Part shown: positions 40,327 through 51,669 of the stretch, one piece after another
Layout: every line of letters begins with the position of its first letter
Position numbering within the stretch: position 1 is the stretch's first letter
Origin: Chlorobium sp.
GTDB taxonomy: Bacteria > Bacteroidota > Chlorobiia > Chlorobiales > Chlorobiaceae
Reading direction: 5' to 3'
DNA: 64,000 nt
Assembly (NCBI GenBank): GCA_028277485.1
Contig: JANQGE010000057.1
Location: 5,709-69,708, forward strand
Notes under the pieces: model-generated
The model's database searches: none
The model's input: the letters and a program-made list of their open reading frames with translations, nothing else
Told to the model about the DNA's origin: nothing
Program-made: the position numbers and the translations under genes

Positions 40327-40545
40327 CCAGTACAATCGGTCTATGGTTATTTGCCGGTGAAAAAGAGCTTGAAAAGCACGTTGCCGGCAGATCCTGTTCC
40401 CTGGAGAGTGTCTCGATGGAATTGTTAAACAAAGTATTGAATTACCAGTTGAGAAAAAACAGCATTTGAGCGTTTTTCTTTACCGTTTGTCAACGGGACA
40501 ATTTAACCGTAAATTAAAGTTTAGATTAATTTGAATAATGAACCG

Positions 40546-41616
40546 ATGATCACACCTGAGTATGGACGGAGACTCGAGGAGAAGGAGTGGGCACCATGCA
40601 TCGATATGCTGCTTGGCGGGGAGCATATCGTTCTTACAACGCACGTTAATTCAGATGGGGACGGTCTCGGGAGCGAAGTGGCTCTTGCCGAAATATTGAG
40701 ATCGCTCGGTAAGAAAGTTTCGATTGTCAACCCTACGGAAGTTCCTACCAATTACACTTTTTTACAAGAGATCGCCGATATAACCGTGTTCGACGAGCAG
40801 GGTGAAGAAGTTATCGAAGAAATCTCGCTTGCCGATCTGGTGGTGCTTCTTGACGCCAATCTGAGCGAACGCATGGGAGGTATCTGGAGCCATGTAAGTT
40901 TTGCCCGGGAGCTCGGCAGCCTGCAAGTGCTGTGCATCGATCATCATCTCGATCCCGAGGATTTTGCCGATCTGATGGTATGTGAAACGTATGCATCGTC
41001 AACCGGAGAGCTTATCTACGATCTTGTTACGGCGATCGAGGCCCGTATTGGAAAACATCTGATTACGCCGGGTGTCGCACAAGGCTTGTATGTAGCGGTG
41101 ATGACGGATACAGGGTCTTTCAGATTCCCGAAAACAACTCCCTACGTATACAGCCTTGCAGGTGATCTGGTGGCAAAGGGAGCGAATCCGAACGATATTT
41201 ATGACAAGGTGTATAATTCGCTTAAACCGCAGTCACTAAAGCTCCTCGGTGCTGCGCTCAGCGAGATCAAACTGATCGATGGCTGTACTGTCTCCTGGCT
41301 GTTTATCTCCCAGGAAATGCTTAATAACACCGGTAGTAAACTGTTTGATACAGACCTTATCATCAAGTACCTGCTAAGCGTGCAAAGTGTCCGCATTGCC
41401 GTGCTTATGGTTGAAATGCACGATGGGAGAACAAAGGTCAGTTTCAGATCGAGAGGAGATATCTACGTTAATCAGATAGCTAAAAAGTACGGCGGAGGGG
41501 GGCACAAAAATGCGGCGGGCTGCCTGCTTCGCTATGCTCCTGAAAAAGCTACGCAGATAGTTCTGGCCGATGTCAGAAATTTCCTGAAGAGTCCGAATGC
41601 CGTTAGTAATGGGTAA
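40546..41616 (+). CDS. nrnA: DHH/DHHA1 phosphoesterase (NrnA-like oligoribonuclease/pAp phosphatase)
   Basis: HVNSDGD, IDHH, TDTGSF and GGGGHKNAAG motifs. Confidence 0.9.
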   Translation: MITPEYGRRLEEKEWAPCIDMLLGGEHIVLTTHVNSDGDGLGSEVALAEILRSLGKKVSIVNPTEVPTNYTFLQEIADITVFDEQGEEVIEEISLADLVVLLDANLSERMGGIWSHVSFARELGSLQVLCIDHHLDPEDFADLMVCETYASSTGELIYDLVTAIEARIGKHLITPGVAQGLYVAVMTDTGSFRFPKTTPYVYSLAGDLVAKGANPNDIYDKVYNSLKPQSLKLLGAALSEIKLIDGCTVSWLFISQEMLNNTGSKLFDTDLIIKYLLSVQSVRIAVLMVEMHDGRTKVSFRSRGDIYVNQIAKKYGGGGHKNAAGCLLRYAPEKATQIVLADVRNFLKSPNAVSNG

Positions 41617-41656
41617 ACTTGAAAGTTTAGGATAAAAAAACATTGATAAACGCGCT

Positions 41657-43177
41657 ATGATAAAAGTGACGGTAAGCCGGGGTTCGCTGAAAAATCTTAA
41701 AAGCGGCCTGCTGGTTATGCCTTTTACGGCCAAGGAGCTGAAAAAAGAGGCTGTAAGGAGCTTCGAGGTGTTTGGCCTTGATAAGGGTTCCCTGAAAGAT
41801 TTCAAGGGCAAAACGGGTGACGCTCTTGTGGTTTATTCCGGTGGGGCAAAACTGAAAACCCCCAGGGTTCTGCTGCTTGGGCTTGGCGATGCCGCTGAGA
41901 TGGAGGATTTTCGCAAGTCGGCTTATACTGCAGCTCAGCAGGCAAAGTCTTTACAGGTGCAGAGCCTTGTTTTCGACTGTTCATCGATCACGGCGTGGGC
42001 CCGCAATACCGGCGAATCCGGTGAAATGATAGCAGAGTGTATAGTCGATACCATCCTTTACGGCTTGTACAGTTTCGACCGTTTGAAAAGCGGGAAGCTG
42101 AACAAAACGAAACGGAAAGAAAAAGAGGAGAAGGCGGGCCTCAGAGAGCTGCAGATCCGGGTTAACGCGGGTGGCGTAAAAGAGGTTGAGGACGGGGCCC
42201 GCAGGGGCGTGATTATTGCCGATGCCCGGAACCTTGCCCGTGACCTGGTCAATCTTCCGGGTAACCTGCTCAACGCGGCTGATATTGCCGATGCAGCCAG
42301 GAAATCCGCTGAAAAATCCGGCTGCAAGGTAACGGTATTTCATAAGAAAGAGATTGAAAAACTTGGGATGGGCGGACTTGTGGCCGTCAACAAGGGAAGT
42401 CACAGCCCTCCGACGTTCACCATTCTCGACTATGAACCCGCAGGCAAGCCGGTTGCCACCGTCGCACTTGTCGGTAAAGGTGTCACGTTCGATTCCGGAG
42501 GGATCTCGCTCAAGCCCGCCAACGCGATGGACGAGATGAAATGTGATATGGCTGGTGCGGCGGCTGTGATCGGAGGGGTTGAGGCTGCGGCGCTGCTTGG
42601 TCTTCCGCTGCGTATAGTAGGCCTCATTCCTGCCACGGACAACATGCCGGGAGGAGCGGCCCAGAAACCGGGCGATGTCATCACGACATACTCCGGTATT
42701 ACCGTTGAAGTGGGCAATACCGACGCTGAGGGCCGTCTCATACTTGCAGATGCTCTTGCCTATGCGATAAAGCATTACAAGCCGGATGCCATTGTTGATC
42801 TCGCCACCCTTACGGGCGCGTGTATCGTGGCTTTGGGATACTCGGTTGCCGGGTTGTTCAGCAACAACGATGGTTTTGCCCGGAAGATTTACGAAGCCGG
42901 AAAACGATCCGGTGAGAAAGTATGGCAAATGCCTGTCTGGGAAGAGTATGATGAGCTTATCAAGTCCGAGGTTGCCGATGTCCACAATACGGGGGGAAAA
43001 GGTGCCGGATCGATAACTGCTGCAAAGTTTCTCGAGAAATTTATTGACGGTCACAAGACCTGGGCTCATATCGATATCGCCGGGCCGGCCTTTTCGGCCA
43101 AAAGCGCGAAAAAAAACCACGGAGGGACAGGGTTCGGTGTCCGTCTGCTCATAGAACTTCTGAGAGCATGGAGGTAG
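41657..43177 (+). CDS. pepA: Leucyl aminopeptidase (M17)
   Basis: [18 protein letters not shown] and NTDAEGRL. Confidence 0.96.
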   Translation: MIKVTVSRGSLKNLKSGLLVMPFTAKELKKEAVRSFEVFGLDKGSLKDFKGKTGDALVVYSGGAKLKTPRVLLLGLGDAAEMEDFRKSAYTAAQQAKSLQVQSLVFDCSSITAWARNTGESGEMIAECIVDTILYGLYSFDRLKSGKLNKTKRKEKEEKAGLRELQIRVNAGGVKEVEDGARRGVIIADARNLARDLVNLPGNLLNAADIADAARKSAEKSGCKVTVFHKKEIEKLGMGGLVAVNKGSHSPPTFTILDYEPAGKPVATVALVGKGVTFDSGGISLKPANAMDEMKCDMAGAAAVIGGVEAAALLGLPLRIVGLIPATDNMPGGAAQKPGDVITTYSGITVEVGNTDAEGRLILADALAYAIKHYKPDAIVDLATLTGACIVALGYSVAGLFSNNDGFARKIYEAGKRSGEKVWQMPVWEEYDELIKSEVADVHNTGGKGAGSITAAKFLEKFIDGHKTWAHIDIAGPAFSAKSAKKNHGGTGFGVRLLIELLRAWR

Positions 43178-43186
43178 CGGCAAACA

Positions 43187-43891
43187 ATGACTGAGGTGGC
43201 TCAAAATCCGATTGTGATTCTCCCCGGTGTTCTTTTCTGGGACAACCTGTACACAGGGATGAAAAAGGCTCTGGCAGCGTACGTTCCCGAGAAGAAAATT
43301 GCCATAGCTCCTGTCAATCTTCATCACTGGCTTGGGTTTCCCCCTTCCCCTGAACGCTCGACAAACCGCGTTATGGAGGCGCTTGACCGTACCGTAGCCT
43401 CGATGCAGCAGCGTTATCCCGAAGAAAAGATCACCATTGTCGCACACAGCGGGGGTGGTACGGTGGCTCTGATTTATCTTCTTGAAAAACCTTTTCAGGG
43501 GGACGTGTATCACCGCAGCCTGTCGGTCGGCAAATTGCTCACATTGGGAACGCCGTTTCATACGACGGAGCATTACGCAAAGATCAAAACCGATTTTATC
43601 AATGCGCATCTCAAACCGGGATTTTTCGACAGGTGCAAGGTTGTTTCAGTGGTGAGCAACCAATACACCGGATCACTGGAGAAGGGGGTGATTGAGCGGA
43701 TGTGTTACATGTTCTACAGAAACGCCTTAGGGGAAGGGAATGTAGCCGGCGACGGCATCGTGCCGGTAAAAAGCTGTTTTTTGGAAGGTGCGGAAAATGT
43801 CACAATTTCAGGGATAGAGCATCTGCCGACACCGCATACCAGGTGGTATGGCACGAAAGAAGGTATCGAGGAATGGATACGATGGTTGTAA
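43187..43891 (+). CDS. Alpha/beta hydrolase (lipase/esterase, PGAP1-like)
   Basis: AHSGGG nucleophile motif, LTLGTP and GDGIVP. Confidence 0.85.
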   Translation: MTEVAQNPIVILPGVLFWDNLYTGMKKALAAYVPEKKIAIAPVNLHHWLGFPPSPERSTNRVMEALDRTVASMQQRYPEEKITIVAHSGGGTVALIYLLEKPFQGDVYHRSLSVGKLLTLGTPFHTTEHYAKIKTDFINAHLKPGFFDRCKVVSVVSNQYTGSLEKGVIERMCYMFYRNALGEGNVAGDGIVPVKSCFLEGAENVTISGIEHLPTPHTRWYGTKEGIEEWIRWL

Positions 43892-44727
43892 AGAAATACA
43901 CGTACCGGACTGTCCTGACAGGATTGCTGTTTTCTCTGTATCTTTTTGCCGGATGCGGCAAAGAAAAAATGGACGCCGAGTTCCAGCGGGAACATATTGA
44001 TTCGATGATGATTATGCTGACCCAGGTTCAGAAGAATCTCGGCAGGATTCAGCAGAAGGAGGCGGTTGTCGAGAGGCTGTCGTCAAATATCGAAAAGGGT
44101 GAGGACAAAAGCGTCGAACAGCTTGGCAAGGATATCTACGCCAGTATCCGTTTTATCGACTCTACCCTTGAAGCCAGCAGAAATCTGATTGCCAGACTTG
44201 AGGAGGAAAACAGGAGTTCAGCGTACCGTATTGAATCACTCGATCGGCTTGCGGCGGAAATGCGCAACACTCTCCAAAACAAGGATCAGGAGATACGCGA
44301 ACTCAAGATTGAAGTTCAGCAACTCGATGCCCAGGTTTCCGAACTGCTTGAAACAGTTGATGTGCTTGATGAATTCATCCTCGAGCAGGAAGATATCCTT
44401 GCCTATGCTTACTATATCACAGGCAGTTACGAGGAACTCTCTGAAAAAGGGATTCTTTCAAGGCCGAAAAGCCCGTTGTCGAAAATCTTTGACACGGATT
44501 ACAGGCTTGCACGTGATTTCGACGTCGCCCTTTTCAACAAGATTGATATTACCGAAACAAGGGACCTGTTTTTTGAAAAGCCTGTAAACAACCTCAGGAT
44601 CGTTACTCCGCATACAGAAGGTTCGTATGAACTTGTGGGAGGCAGGGCGTCTTCACTGCTTCTCATCAAGGATGAGTCTGAGTTCTGGAAAAAATCCCGA
44701 TGCCTCGTTATCGTGATCGATGATTGA
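43882..44727 (+). CDS. Coiled-coil lipoprotein resembling the Cbp1-family adhesin of Bacteroidota
   Basis: Lipobox LFAGC, long heptad region, C-terminal [16 protein letters not shown]...KIDI...TPHTEGSY...[10 protein letters not shown] domain; start overlaps the upstream stop. Confidence 0.7.
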   Translation: MVVKKYTYRTVLTGLLFSLYLFAGCGKEKMDAEFQREHIDSMMIMLTQVQKNLGRIQQKEAVVERLSSNIEKGEDKSVEQLGKDIYASIRFIDSTLEASRNLIARLEEENRSSAYRIESLDRLAAEMRNTLQNKDQEIRELKIEVQQLDAQVSELLETVDVLDEFILEQEDILAYAYYITGSYEELSEKGILSRPKSPLSKIFDTDYRLARDFDVALFNKIDITETRDLFFEKPVNNLRIVTPHTEGSYELVGGRASSLLLIKDESEFWKKSRCLVIVIDD

Positions 44728-44733
44728 TCTTGT

Positions 44734-46227
44734 TTATTTTCCCGCCTTCTGAGTCCCGTTCACGTACCGGTCGATAATTTTCGCTCCAACACTGTCACCC
44801 CAGACGTTGACGGTTGTTCTGCACCGGTCAAGAAACCAGTCGATTGCAAGTATCAGGGCGATCCCCTCAACCGGCAGATTGACCGCTTTGAGTACCAGAA
44901 CCATCGTTACCAGTCCGGCTTCGGGAATACTTGCCGCGCCTATTGCTGCAAGCGTTGCGGTAAGAAGTACTATGGCGAGCTCGGGAGTCCCGAGAGTGAT
45001 GCCGTTAATCTGTGCAATAAAGATAACCGCTACCGCTTCATAGAGTGCCGTTCCATCCATATTGATGGTTGCGCCGAGAGGAAGAACGAAACCTGCGGTA
45101 CGGGGAGAGACGCCGTTTTTTTCTTCCGCACATTCCACGGTCAGCGGAAGGGTTGCCGAACTTGAAGCGGTTGAGAACGCCGTCAGCAGGGCGGGGGAGG
45201 TGTTATATGCAAAACGGGTAACGCCGGTTTTACCGAGAAATTTCAGCATGAGGGGAAGGATAACCATGCTGTGGATCAGGAGTCCCGCAATGACGGTAAA
45301 AGCGTATTTTCCCAGACGAAGCAGTTCGGGCAGAAACCCGATGAAGCCACCCGCTTCCCCGAGTCTTCCGGCTATCAGCGCCCCGATGCCTATCGGTGCG
45401 GCATACATGGCAAGGTGGATGATTTTCATGATCGCTTCATTGAGCCCGTTGAAAAAGTCAACCACGGGTTTGCCCTGTTCGCCAAGTGTCGAGAGCACCG
45501 CACCCAAAAGAAGCGAAAACGTGATGACGGGGAGAATGTCGTTCTCGGTCATAGCCTTGAAAAGATTCGAAGGAACCAGGCTGGTCAGCACTTCCCTGAG
45601 AACGTCGATGATGCTTCGTTCCTCCTGCAGAAACCTTTCGGCCGGAAGTTTGTCGATGGTGATGCCCGTGCCGTTACCGAAGACGTTTGTCAGGTGTTTT
45701 TTGCCTTGCTTCCATGAGGAAACTTCGATGGTATCTCTGCCGTTTTTCCCATGCGCCACGATCTCCCCTTTTACATTCCGGTCAAGCAGGTATATGGAAT
45801 GGGTTGGAGAATACTGCTTTGGCAAGGACGTTCCTTCAATAATGACAGTGTTTCCTTTGACGCTGTAGGCGGCTTCCGGGAGCACGATACCTCCTCTTGC
45901 TTCGGTTTGTTCGGTTTCCGATGCAAGTTTTCCCGGATGGATCATGACAACCAGAAGGATTCCCGTTATTACGGAGAGGGCTGTTGTCCCCAGATAGTAC
46001 AGAATAGTCCTGAAACCGAGCGGTCCGAGCTTTCTGACGTCGCCGAACCTGCATATACCGCTTATCATTGCGGCGATGATGAGCGGCATGACAATCATCA
46101 TCAGGAACTTAATGAAGAGATGACCGATGAAACCAACGGCCAGTCCGGCTTCAGGGTTCAGCCCTCCGAGAAGGGAACCCGCTGCTATGCCTGCTACTAT
46201 TCCCGCAAGAAGTTTGTTGTTTTGCAA
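44734..46227 (-). CDS. Dicarboxylate/amino acid:cation symporter (DAACS, GltP-like)
   Basis: [21 protein letters not shown] and [13 protein letters not shown]. Confidence 0.95.
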   Translation of the reverse strand: MQNNKLLAGIVAGIAAGSLLGGLNPEAGLAVGFIGHLFIKFLMMIVMPLIIAAMISGICRFGDVRKLGPLGFRTILYYLGTTALSVITGILLVVMIHPGKLASETEQTEARGGIVLPEAAYSVKGNTVIIEGTSLPKQYSPTHSIYLLDRNVKGEIVAHGKNGRDTIEVSSWKQGKKHLTNVFGNGTGITIDKLPAERFLQEERSIIDVLREVLTSLVPSNLFKAMTENDILPVITFSLLLGAVLSTLGEQGKPVVDFFNGLNEAIMKIIHLAMYAAPIGIGALIAGRLGEAGGFIGFLPELLRLGKYAFTVIAGLLIHSMVILPLMLKFLGKTGVTRFAYNTSPALLTAFSTASSSATLPLTVECAEEKNGVSPRTAGFVLPLGATINMDGTALYEAVAVIFIAQINGITLGTPELAIVLLTATLAAIGAASIPEAGLVTMVLVLKAVNLPVEGIALILAIDWFLDRCRTTVNVWGDSVGAKIIDRYVNGTQKAGK

Positions 46228-46336
46228 ATGCTTCTACCTTGTTGCAGTTATCAAACCCTAAGCCGAGTGTTCCACGGTGTCCCAAATAGTAGTGACAAGA
46301 GACCTGTGACAAGCTATGAAGACATGGCAAGCTTCA

Positions 46337-46415
46337 GGGCACCTCTATATTCCGCGAGTTTCAATTGCGCTTCGTTAAGCGAATAGAAGGGGGTTTCACT
46401 CATGGCAAGGTGCCC
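46337..46415 (-). mobile_element. Short MITE-like repeat (family A)
   Basis: GGGCACCTCTATATTCCGCGAGTTTCAATTGCGCTTCGTT...AGGTGCCC. Confidence 0.7.
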
Positions 46416-46630
46416 TTTGGTGAGGAATACATTGCTCGCCGCAGGCTGCCTCTCACCCGTTACTGTTGCGGGATGCTCGAGTAGTCGCTCGGTTTAGGTG
46501 AGTCTGTACGATTAAGAGGAAGGTACTGTTTTTTCCATAAATTTTTTATATATAGGGGCATTTATCGTGCAGACGCAGCCGGGTTCCGGTTTCTGCGAGG
46601 GTGTATTTGTCAACGAGTAAAATTGTTGTT

Positions 46631-47992
46631 ATGAAAATTACCATATTTGGTTCAGGATATGTAGGCCTGGTGACAGGCGCATGCTTTGCTGAAGTGGGTA
46701 ACGATGTGCTTTGTGTGGACATTGATGAGGAAAAAATCCGGCGCCTGAAGCAGGGAGACATTCCGATCTATGAGCCTGGCCTGGAAGATATGGTGATTGA
46801 AAACAGCCGGGAAGGGCGTCTGCGGTTCACATCCGATCTGGAAGAGGGGGTACACCTCGGGCTGTTTCAGTTCATAGCTGTCGGGACACCGCCGGATGAG
46901 GATGGTTCGGCCGACCTGCGTCATGTATTGAGTGTTGCAGAGAGCATCGGCAGAAACATGGAGGACTACCGCATTATCGTCGATAAATCGACCGTTCCGG
47001 TCGGTACCGCTGATCTGGTAAAAGAGAGAGTGGGTGCCATCCTGGAAGAGCGGGGAATATCGATAGATTACGATGTTGTCTCGAATCCGGAGTTTCTCAA
47101 GGAAGGTGACGCTGTCAGTGATTTCATGAAGCCTGAGCGTATCATTGTCGGGGTGGATAACCCGCGGACAAAAGAGCTGTTGAGGAACCTCTACGCACCG
47201 TTCAACCGCAGCCATGAACGATTTATAGCGATGGATGTCCGCTCTGCGGAACTGACAAAGTATGCGGCAAACGCGATGCTTGCCACAAAAATCAGTTTCA
47301 TGAACGAGATCGCAAATATAGCCGAGCGTGTAGGGGCGGATGTCGAAGCCGTCCGTCATGGCATAGGTTCGGACTCCCGGATTGGTTTTTCATTTATCTA
47401 CCCCGGCGTCGGTTACGGTGGCTCTTGTTTTCCAAAAGACGTGCAGGCCCTTGAACGCACGGCAAAAAAACACGGCTATGATGCCAGGATTCTCCAGGCG
47501 GTCGAGGAAGTCAACCTTGATCAGAAAGCTTCCCTGGTGCGCAAAATCAAGGATCATTTCAAAGGAGACCTGAAGGGAAAGACCATTGCATTGTGGGGTC
47601 TGGCATTCAAGCCCAATACCGATGATATGCGTGAGGCACCGAGCCGGAGAATTCTCGAAGAGCTGTGGGCGGCCGGTGCGGCGGTCAGGGCCTACGACCC
47701 TGTTGCCATGGATGAGGCGCGGAGGATCTACGGGGAAAGGGAAGACCTGGTGCTTGCCGAGACTCCTGACGATGCGCTCAAGGGGGCGGATGCTCTGGCA
47801 ATTGTGACCGAGTGGATGGTGTTCAGGAGCCCTGATTTTGATGTTGTAAAACAGGAACTCAACGCCCCGGTAATCTTTGACGGCCGCAATATCTACAATC
47901 CCGATCTTATGGAGCAGCTCGGTTTTACCTACTACTCGATAGGCAGAAGGCCAAGAGGAGCGGCCTTTGAAAACCTTAGGGCACCTCTATAA
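46631..47992 (+). CDS. ugd: UDP-glucose 6-dehydrogenase
   Basis: [26 protein letters not shown] and [10 protein letters not shown]. The last codons (RAPL*) lie inside a MITE end. Confidence 0.96.
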   Translation: MKITIFGSGYVGLVTGACFAEVGNDVLCVDIDEEKIRRLKQGDIPIYEPGLEDMVIENSREGRLRFTSDLEEGVHLGLFQFIAVGTPPDEDGSADLRHVLSVAESIGRNMEDYRIIVDKSTVPVGTADLVKERVGAILEERGISIDYDVVSNPEFLKEGDAVSDFMKPERIIVGVDNPRTKELLRNLYAPFNRSHERFIAMDVRSAELTKYAANAMLATKISFMNEIANIAERVGADVEAVRHGIGSDSRIGFSFIYPGVGYGGSCFPKDVQALERTAKKHGYDARILQAVEEVNLDQKASLVRKIKDHFKGDLKGKTIALWGLAFKPNTDDMREAPSRRILEELWAAGAAVRAYDPVAMDEARRIYGEREDLVLAETPDDALKGADALAIVTEWMVFRSPDFDVVKQELNAPVIFDGRNIYNPDLMEQLGFTYYSIGRRPRGAAFENLRAPL

Positions 47993-48119
47993 ATTGTCGT
48001 GAGCGTCTTGAGTACGAGGCGGACGGAGCGCAGAAACCGGAGTGTACACAGAGTACACAAGGATTTCGAGCACCGGCGAACGAAGTAATCAGGGCGCGCA
48101 ACAAATTAATAGAGGTGTC
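47979..48119 (+). mobile_element. Most intact MITE-like repeat (family A reference copy, 141 bp)
   Basis: TA|GGGCACCTCTATAAATTGTCG...CAACAAATTAATAGAGGTGTC; long imperfect terminal inverted repeats; between convergent ugd and thiD. Confidence 0.9.
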
Positions 48120-48121
48120 AT

Positions 48122-48946
48122 TTAGTGCCACCACCGGTGGAAGTGGTGCAAAGGCCCGGTCTCTTTCCCTAACGCGAACGGCGCGCCGGCTTTCAACGCT
48201 TCAAATGTGAAAAGCCTGCCTTTTCTGACCGCTTCGTGAAGATCAAGGTTTTTGGCCGTGTGTGCGGCAATGGCTGAAGAAAGGGTGCACCCTGTCCCGT
48301 GCGTGTGTTTTGTCGGAATCCTCCGTGATGAAAACCATTCTCCTTTCTCGTGCGAAAGCAGGTAATCCTCGCACATATCTCCCGCCATGTGCCCCCCTTT
48401 TATCAGAACAGCCGCCGCACCTTTTGCCCTGAGGACTTCGGCTGTTTCCTCGATGTCTTGTTTCGAGCCGGGCACGGTGCCCAATCCGGCCAGTTCCGCG
48501 GCTTCGGGAAGGTTGGGGGTAATGAGCGTGGCAAATGGAAAAAGCTCTTTCGCAATGGAGGCTTTCACGTCCCCGGAAGCAAGTTCCCTGCCGTCCGATG
48601 ATCTCAGGACTGTATCGAGAATGACCGGAATCAAGGGGTGCTTGTGTAATGCTTCGGCAATAGCCCGGACTGTTCCGGCCGAAGAAATCATGCCTATCTT
48701 GACCGCATGGATTGCGATATCTTCTGCAAGTACGTTGAACTGCTCCGTCACAAGTTCAGGGGGAAGAGCGAAAGTGCTCTGGACTCCGCATGTATTCTGT
48801 GCCGTAATGTCCGTAACGACACTCAAGCCGTAACAGCCCAGAGCGGCGAATGTTTTGAGATCCGCCTGTATTCCCGCACCGCAGCTGCCGTCAGAGCCGG
48901 CAATGGTAAGCACGGTCGTGTAGCTTTTCGGTGTTATTGAAGGCAT
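48122..48946 (-). CDS. thiD: Hydroxymethylpyrimidine/phosphomethylpyrimidine kinase
   Basis: LTIAGSDGSCGAGIQADLKT, ITPNLPEA, KGGH and HGTGCTLS. Confidence 0.96.
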   Translation of the reverse strand: MPSITPKSYTTVLTIAGSDGSCGAGIQADLKTFAALGCYGLSVVTDITAQNTCGVQSTFALPPELVTEQFNVLAEDIAIHAVKIGMISSAGTVRAIAEALHKHPLIPVILDTVLRSSDGRELASGDVKASIAKELFPFATLITPNLPEAAELAGLGTVPGSKQDIEETAEVLRAKGAAAVLIKGGHMAGDMCEDYLLSHEKGEWFSSRRIPTKHTHGTGCTLSSAIAAHTAKNLDLHEAVRKGRLFTFEALKAGAPFALGKETGPLHHFHRWWH

Positions 48947-49557
48947 GATTGCATTTTTTTTATGAGCAGGGATACGGCTTTTTCAGGGTCGGGAGCATCA
49001 GCAACTGCGGAAATGACCGCCACACCGCATGCGCCCGCTTTGATGACCTCACACACGTTTTTGCCGGTAATCCCCCCGATGGCGATAACCGGCAAGGGTA
49101 ACGCGCGCGCAATTTCCGCGATACTGCCGGGTCCGATCGGTTGGCTGGATTTTTGTTTGGATGCTGTCGGGTAGATATGCCCCAGCCCTATATAATCGGC
49201 CTCCGCCTGCAAGGCTTTTTCCGCTTCGGCAACCGATGAGACCGATACCCCAAGAATCTTGTCTTTGCCGAGCAGTCTTCTCGCAACATCGGCCGGAAGG
49301 TCTTCCTGCCCGAGATGAACCCCATCCGCATCGGCGGCAAGAGCTATATCCAGCCGGTCGTTAACGATACATGCCGCACCATGGGTATGGCACAATTCCT
49401 GTATGCTCGACGCCCATTCATACAGCTCCGACCCGGAAGCTGATTTATGACGGAGCTGAACCATGGTTGCACCTCCTCTCAGAGCTTTTGCCGCCTGCAT
49501 TACCGGACATGAAGAACTGGCGGTTATACAGCAGAGTGTTACTTTTTGTATCTTCAT
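48934..49557 (-). CDS. thiE: Thiamine-phosphate synthase
   Basis: VQLRHK, IVNDRLDIA, DGVHLGQED and VIAIGGI. Confidence 0.95.
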   Translation of the reverse strand: MKIQKVTLCCITASSSCPVMQAAKALRGGATMVQLRHKSASGSELYEWASSIQELCHTHGAACIVNDRLDIALAADADGVHLGQEDLPADVARRLLGKDKILGVSVSSVAEAEKALQAEADYIGLGHIYPTASKQKSSQPIGPGSIAEIARALPLPVIAIGGITGKNVCEVIKAGACGVAVISAVADAPDPEKAVSLLIKKMQSCLQ

Positions 49558-50192
49558 CGCTCGAATGCAGTATGAAAATTTTCCAGGGTACCCTCCAGGT
49601 TTTCACTGGCATGAAAAACTGACATCGCAGCAACGCCGTATGCGCCATACTCAAGGCATTGACGGGTATTCTGCGGGGTGATGCCGCCTATCGCATATAC
49701 CGGGACGGAGACGCTCCGGCATATCTCGCCAAGTTTACCGAGTCCCATGGGAGGTCCATAGCGCTTTTTCAAAGGGGTTTCGAATACCGGGCCGAAAATC
49801 AGATAATCAGTCCCGTCGGCTTCGGCTCGGAGAGCCGCCTCCAGAGAATGTGTGCTTTTTCCGGCGATTCTTCCGGATAAAAAGGCGGCGGCTTTGCCGA
49901 GCGGACAGCTATTTTCAGGAAAGTGTACCCCATCGGCCCCTGCAGCAAGCGCAATGTCGAATCGTTCATTGATAAAAAGCAGTGAACCGGTGGCATGTAT
50001 ATGCCTTTTAACGGTCAGAGCCAGCTCGAAAAGAGCTTTTGCAGCAAGATGCTTTTCTCTCAACTGAACGACCACGGGGACAAGGGCAGTGACCCTCCGG
50101 ACAAGTTCAGGGAACTGTTTTTCCGGGCAGGAAAACCCTTGGTTGCCACTTACCATGTAAAGCCTCGGGAGGTCTGTTTTTACTGCCTTCAT
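49554..50192 (-). CDS. Second ThiE/TenI-like protein
   Basis: VQLREK, INERFDIA, DGVHFP, FGPVFETP and YAIGGI; 4-bp overlap with thiE. Confidence 0.9.
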   Translation of the reverse strand: MKAVKTDLPRLYMVSGNQGFSCPEKQFPELVRRVTALVPVVVQLREKHLAAKALFELALTVKRHIHATGSLLFINERFDIALAAGADGVHFPENSCPLGKAAAFLSGRIAGKSTHSLEAALRAEADGTDYLIFGPVFETPLKKRYGPPMGLGKLGEICRSVSVPVYAIGGITPQNTRQCLEYGAYGVAAMSVFHASENLEGTLENFHTAFER

Positions 50193-50221
50193 GTGCGGCT
50201 GCCTGCATTCATCTTTAGGAG

Positions 50222-50554
50222 CTAATCAATGTTCTCGAGTATCAACTGAGCGGCTTTTTTCCCGCTGAGGAACATCCCTCCAAAGATAGGGCCCATCCTG
50301 AAGCCGCCCATCGCATTGTTGGCCGCCATACCCGAGGCATAAAGCCCGGGGTAGAGGCTTTTGGTAAACAGCATGCCGCCGCCGGGAGCCAGCTTGCTTT
50401 CGAAAATAGCAACTTTTTTGCCGGCAAGGGCAAGTTCTTTGCCGGCGATCATGCCTGAAGGTCCTGCCCCGACAACAGCAGCATCGAGGGAAAGAGAGTC
50501 TTCGAGTTTATTGAAAAAACTCCTGATAATGGATTTCGAGATTTTTTCTTCCAT
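50222..50554 (-). pseudogene. thi4: Internally deleted thiazole synthase Thi4 (110 aa: N- and C-termini fused in frame)
   Basis: N-terminal [11 protein letters not shown]...KLAPGGG joined directly to [20 protein letters not shown]...[17 protein letters not shown]; more than half of a normal ~250-aa Thi4 is missing. Confidence 0.85.
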
Positions 50555-50630
50555 GTGATTTCTGCTTATAGTTACGTAGTAAGCAGGCGGGCTGAAACGG
50601 CAAGAAAAAAAGCGGATAAAAACGCGGAAC

Positions 50631-50718
50631 GTTTCATCTTTTTCCTTGCGTCAGTATTACCTGCATCAAGTTATATGGGTTTAATCTCAGCCGCGTGAGC
50701 AGCACCCCAAAGAGAAAC
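50631..50718 (-). promoter_or_regulatory. TPP riboswitch
   Basis: Minus strand GGGGTGC...GCTGAGATTAAACCC-ATATAACTTGATGCAGGTAATACTGACGCAAGGAAA, with P1 GTTTCTCTTT/AAAGATGAAAC; upstream of the thi operon. Confidence 0.92.
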
Positions 50719-50908
50719 TGTAGTTGTTTCTACGCTTGTACAATAAGAATTTTTCCCATAGTAACAAAGTGAATCTTTCCCGGGCAGGTGTCCTTGTTGT
50801 TTGAACTGTTCCAGCATCATATCGGCAGTTCTTGTGGCGGGGAAGGGTAGGAGGTATGACAAAAAGCCTTACATTTAAAAAAATCATTCACATCTAAATA
50901 CCTTCGCC

Positions 50909-51379
50909 ATGTCAGAGATTGAAACAAGGCTTCACAAGGCCGGCATTATTCTGCCTGAATGTGCGAGTCCGGCGGGTATTTACATACCGGCTTTGTGGTT
51001 TGGAAACCTTGTGTATACATCCGGCCAGCTTCCTCTGGTGGACGGTGTGCTTATGGAGCAGGGTGGAAAAGGAAAAGTTAACGAGATCAACCAGGCGCAA
51101 GCAGCAATGGCTGCACGTGTAGCGGCGCTAAACGCTCTTGCTGCGTTGAAAAAGGTTGTGGGAAATCTGGACATGATTGATACGGTGCTGAAGCTGACTG
51201 TCTATGTGGCCAGTGAATCATTTTTTTCCAATCAGCACATCGTCGCTAACGGTGCATCGGCGGTGCTTTATGAGGCATTTGGAGAGAACGGCAAGCATGT
51301 TCGAAGCGCTGTCGGCGTGGCCGAGCTTCCCATGGGTGCCAGCGTTGAGCTGGAGCTGATTGCGGGGTGCTCCGGATGA
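50909..51379 (+). CDS. RidA/YjgF family protein
   Basis: [25 protein letters not shown] and VELELI. Confidence 0.92.
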   Translation: MSEIETRLHKAGIILPECASPAGIYIPALWFGNLVYTSGQLPLVDGVLMEQGGKGKVNEINQAQAAMAARVAALNALAALKKVVGNLDMIDTVLKLTVYVASESFFSNQHIVANGASAVLYEAFGENGKHVRSAVGVAELPMGASVELELIAGCSG

Positions 51380-51550
51380 TGCTTTAGTGTGATGCAGGTG
51401 TTTTTCATCCGGAATGCCTTATAGCATTGCTTCTGTATGCAAGCAGCATTCCTGTGCTTTTTTCAAACTTTTTTCCCCACGTCAGCCCCCTTTTTCTCTC
51501 CTCCTTCGAATCTGCCGCCTCGACCAACATTGATTATAATTTCAAATTTA

Positions 51551-51667
51551 AGGCACCTCTATTTATTTATTCCGCGCTTCAATTGTTTCGTTGATCGGAT
51601 AGAAAGGGGTTTCTGCACTCCGTTCGCCTCGCACTTGAATCGCTCATGACGATAAATAGAGGCGCCC
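51551..51667 (-). mobile_element. MITE-like repeat (family A), internally deleted
   Basis: AGGCACCTCTATTTATTTATTCCGCG...CTCCGTTCGCCTCGCACTTGAATCGCTCATGACGATAAATAGAGGCGCCC. Confidence 0.8.
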
Positions 51668-51669
51668 TT

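Noticed and set aside
41981-43609. 542-aa antisense ORF over pepA and the lipase
   Set aside because: Shadow frame of well-supported + strand genes; no recognisable motifs.
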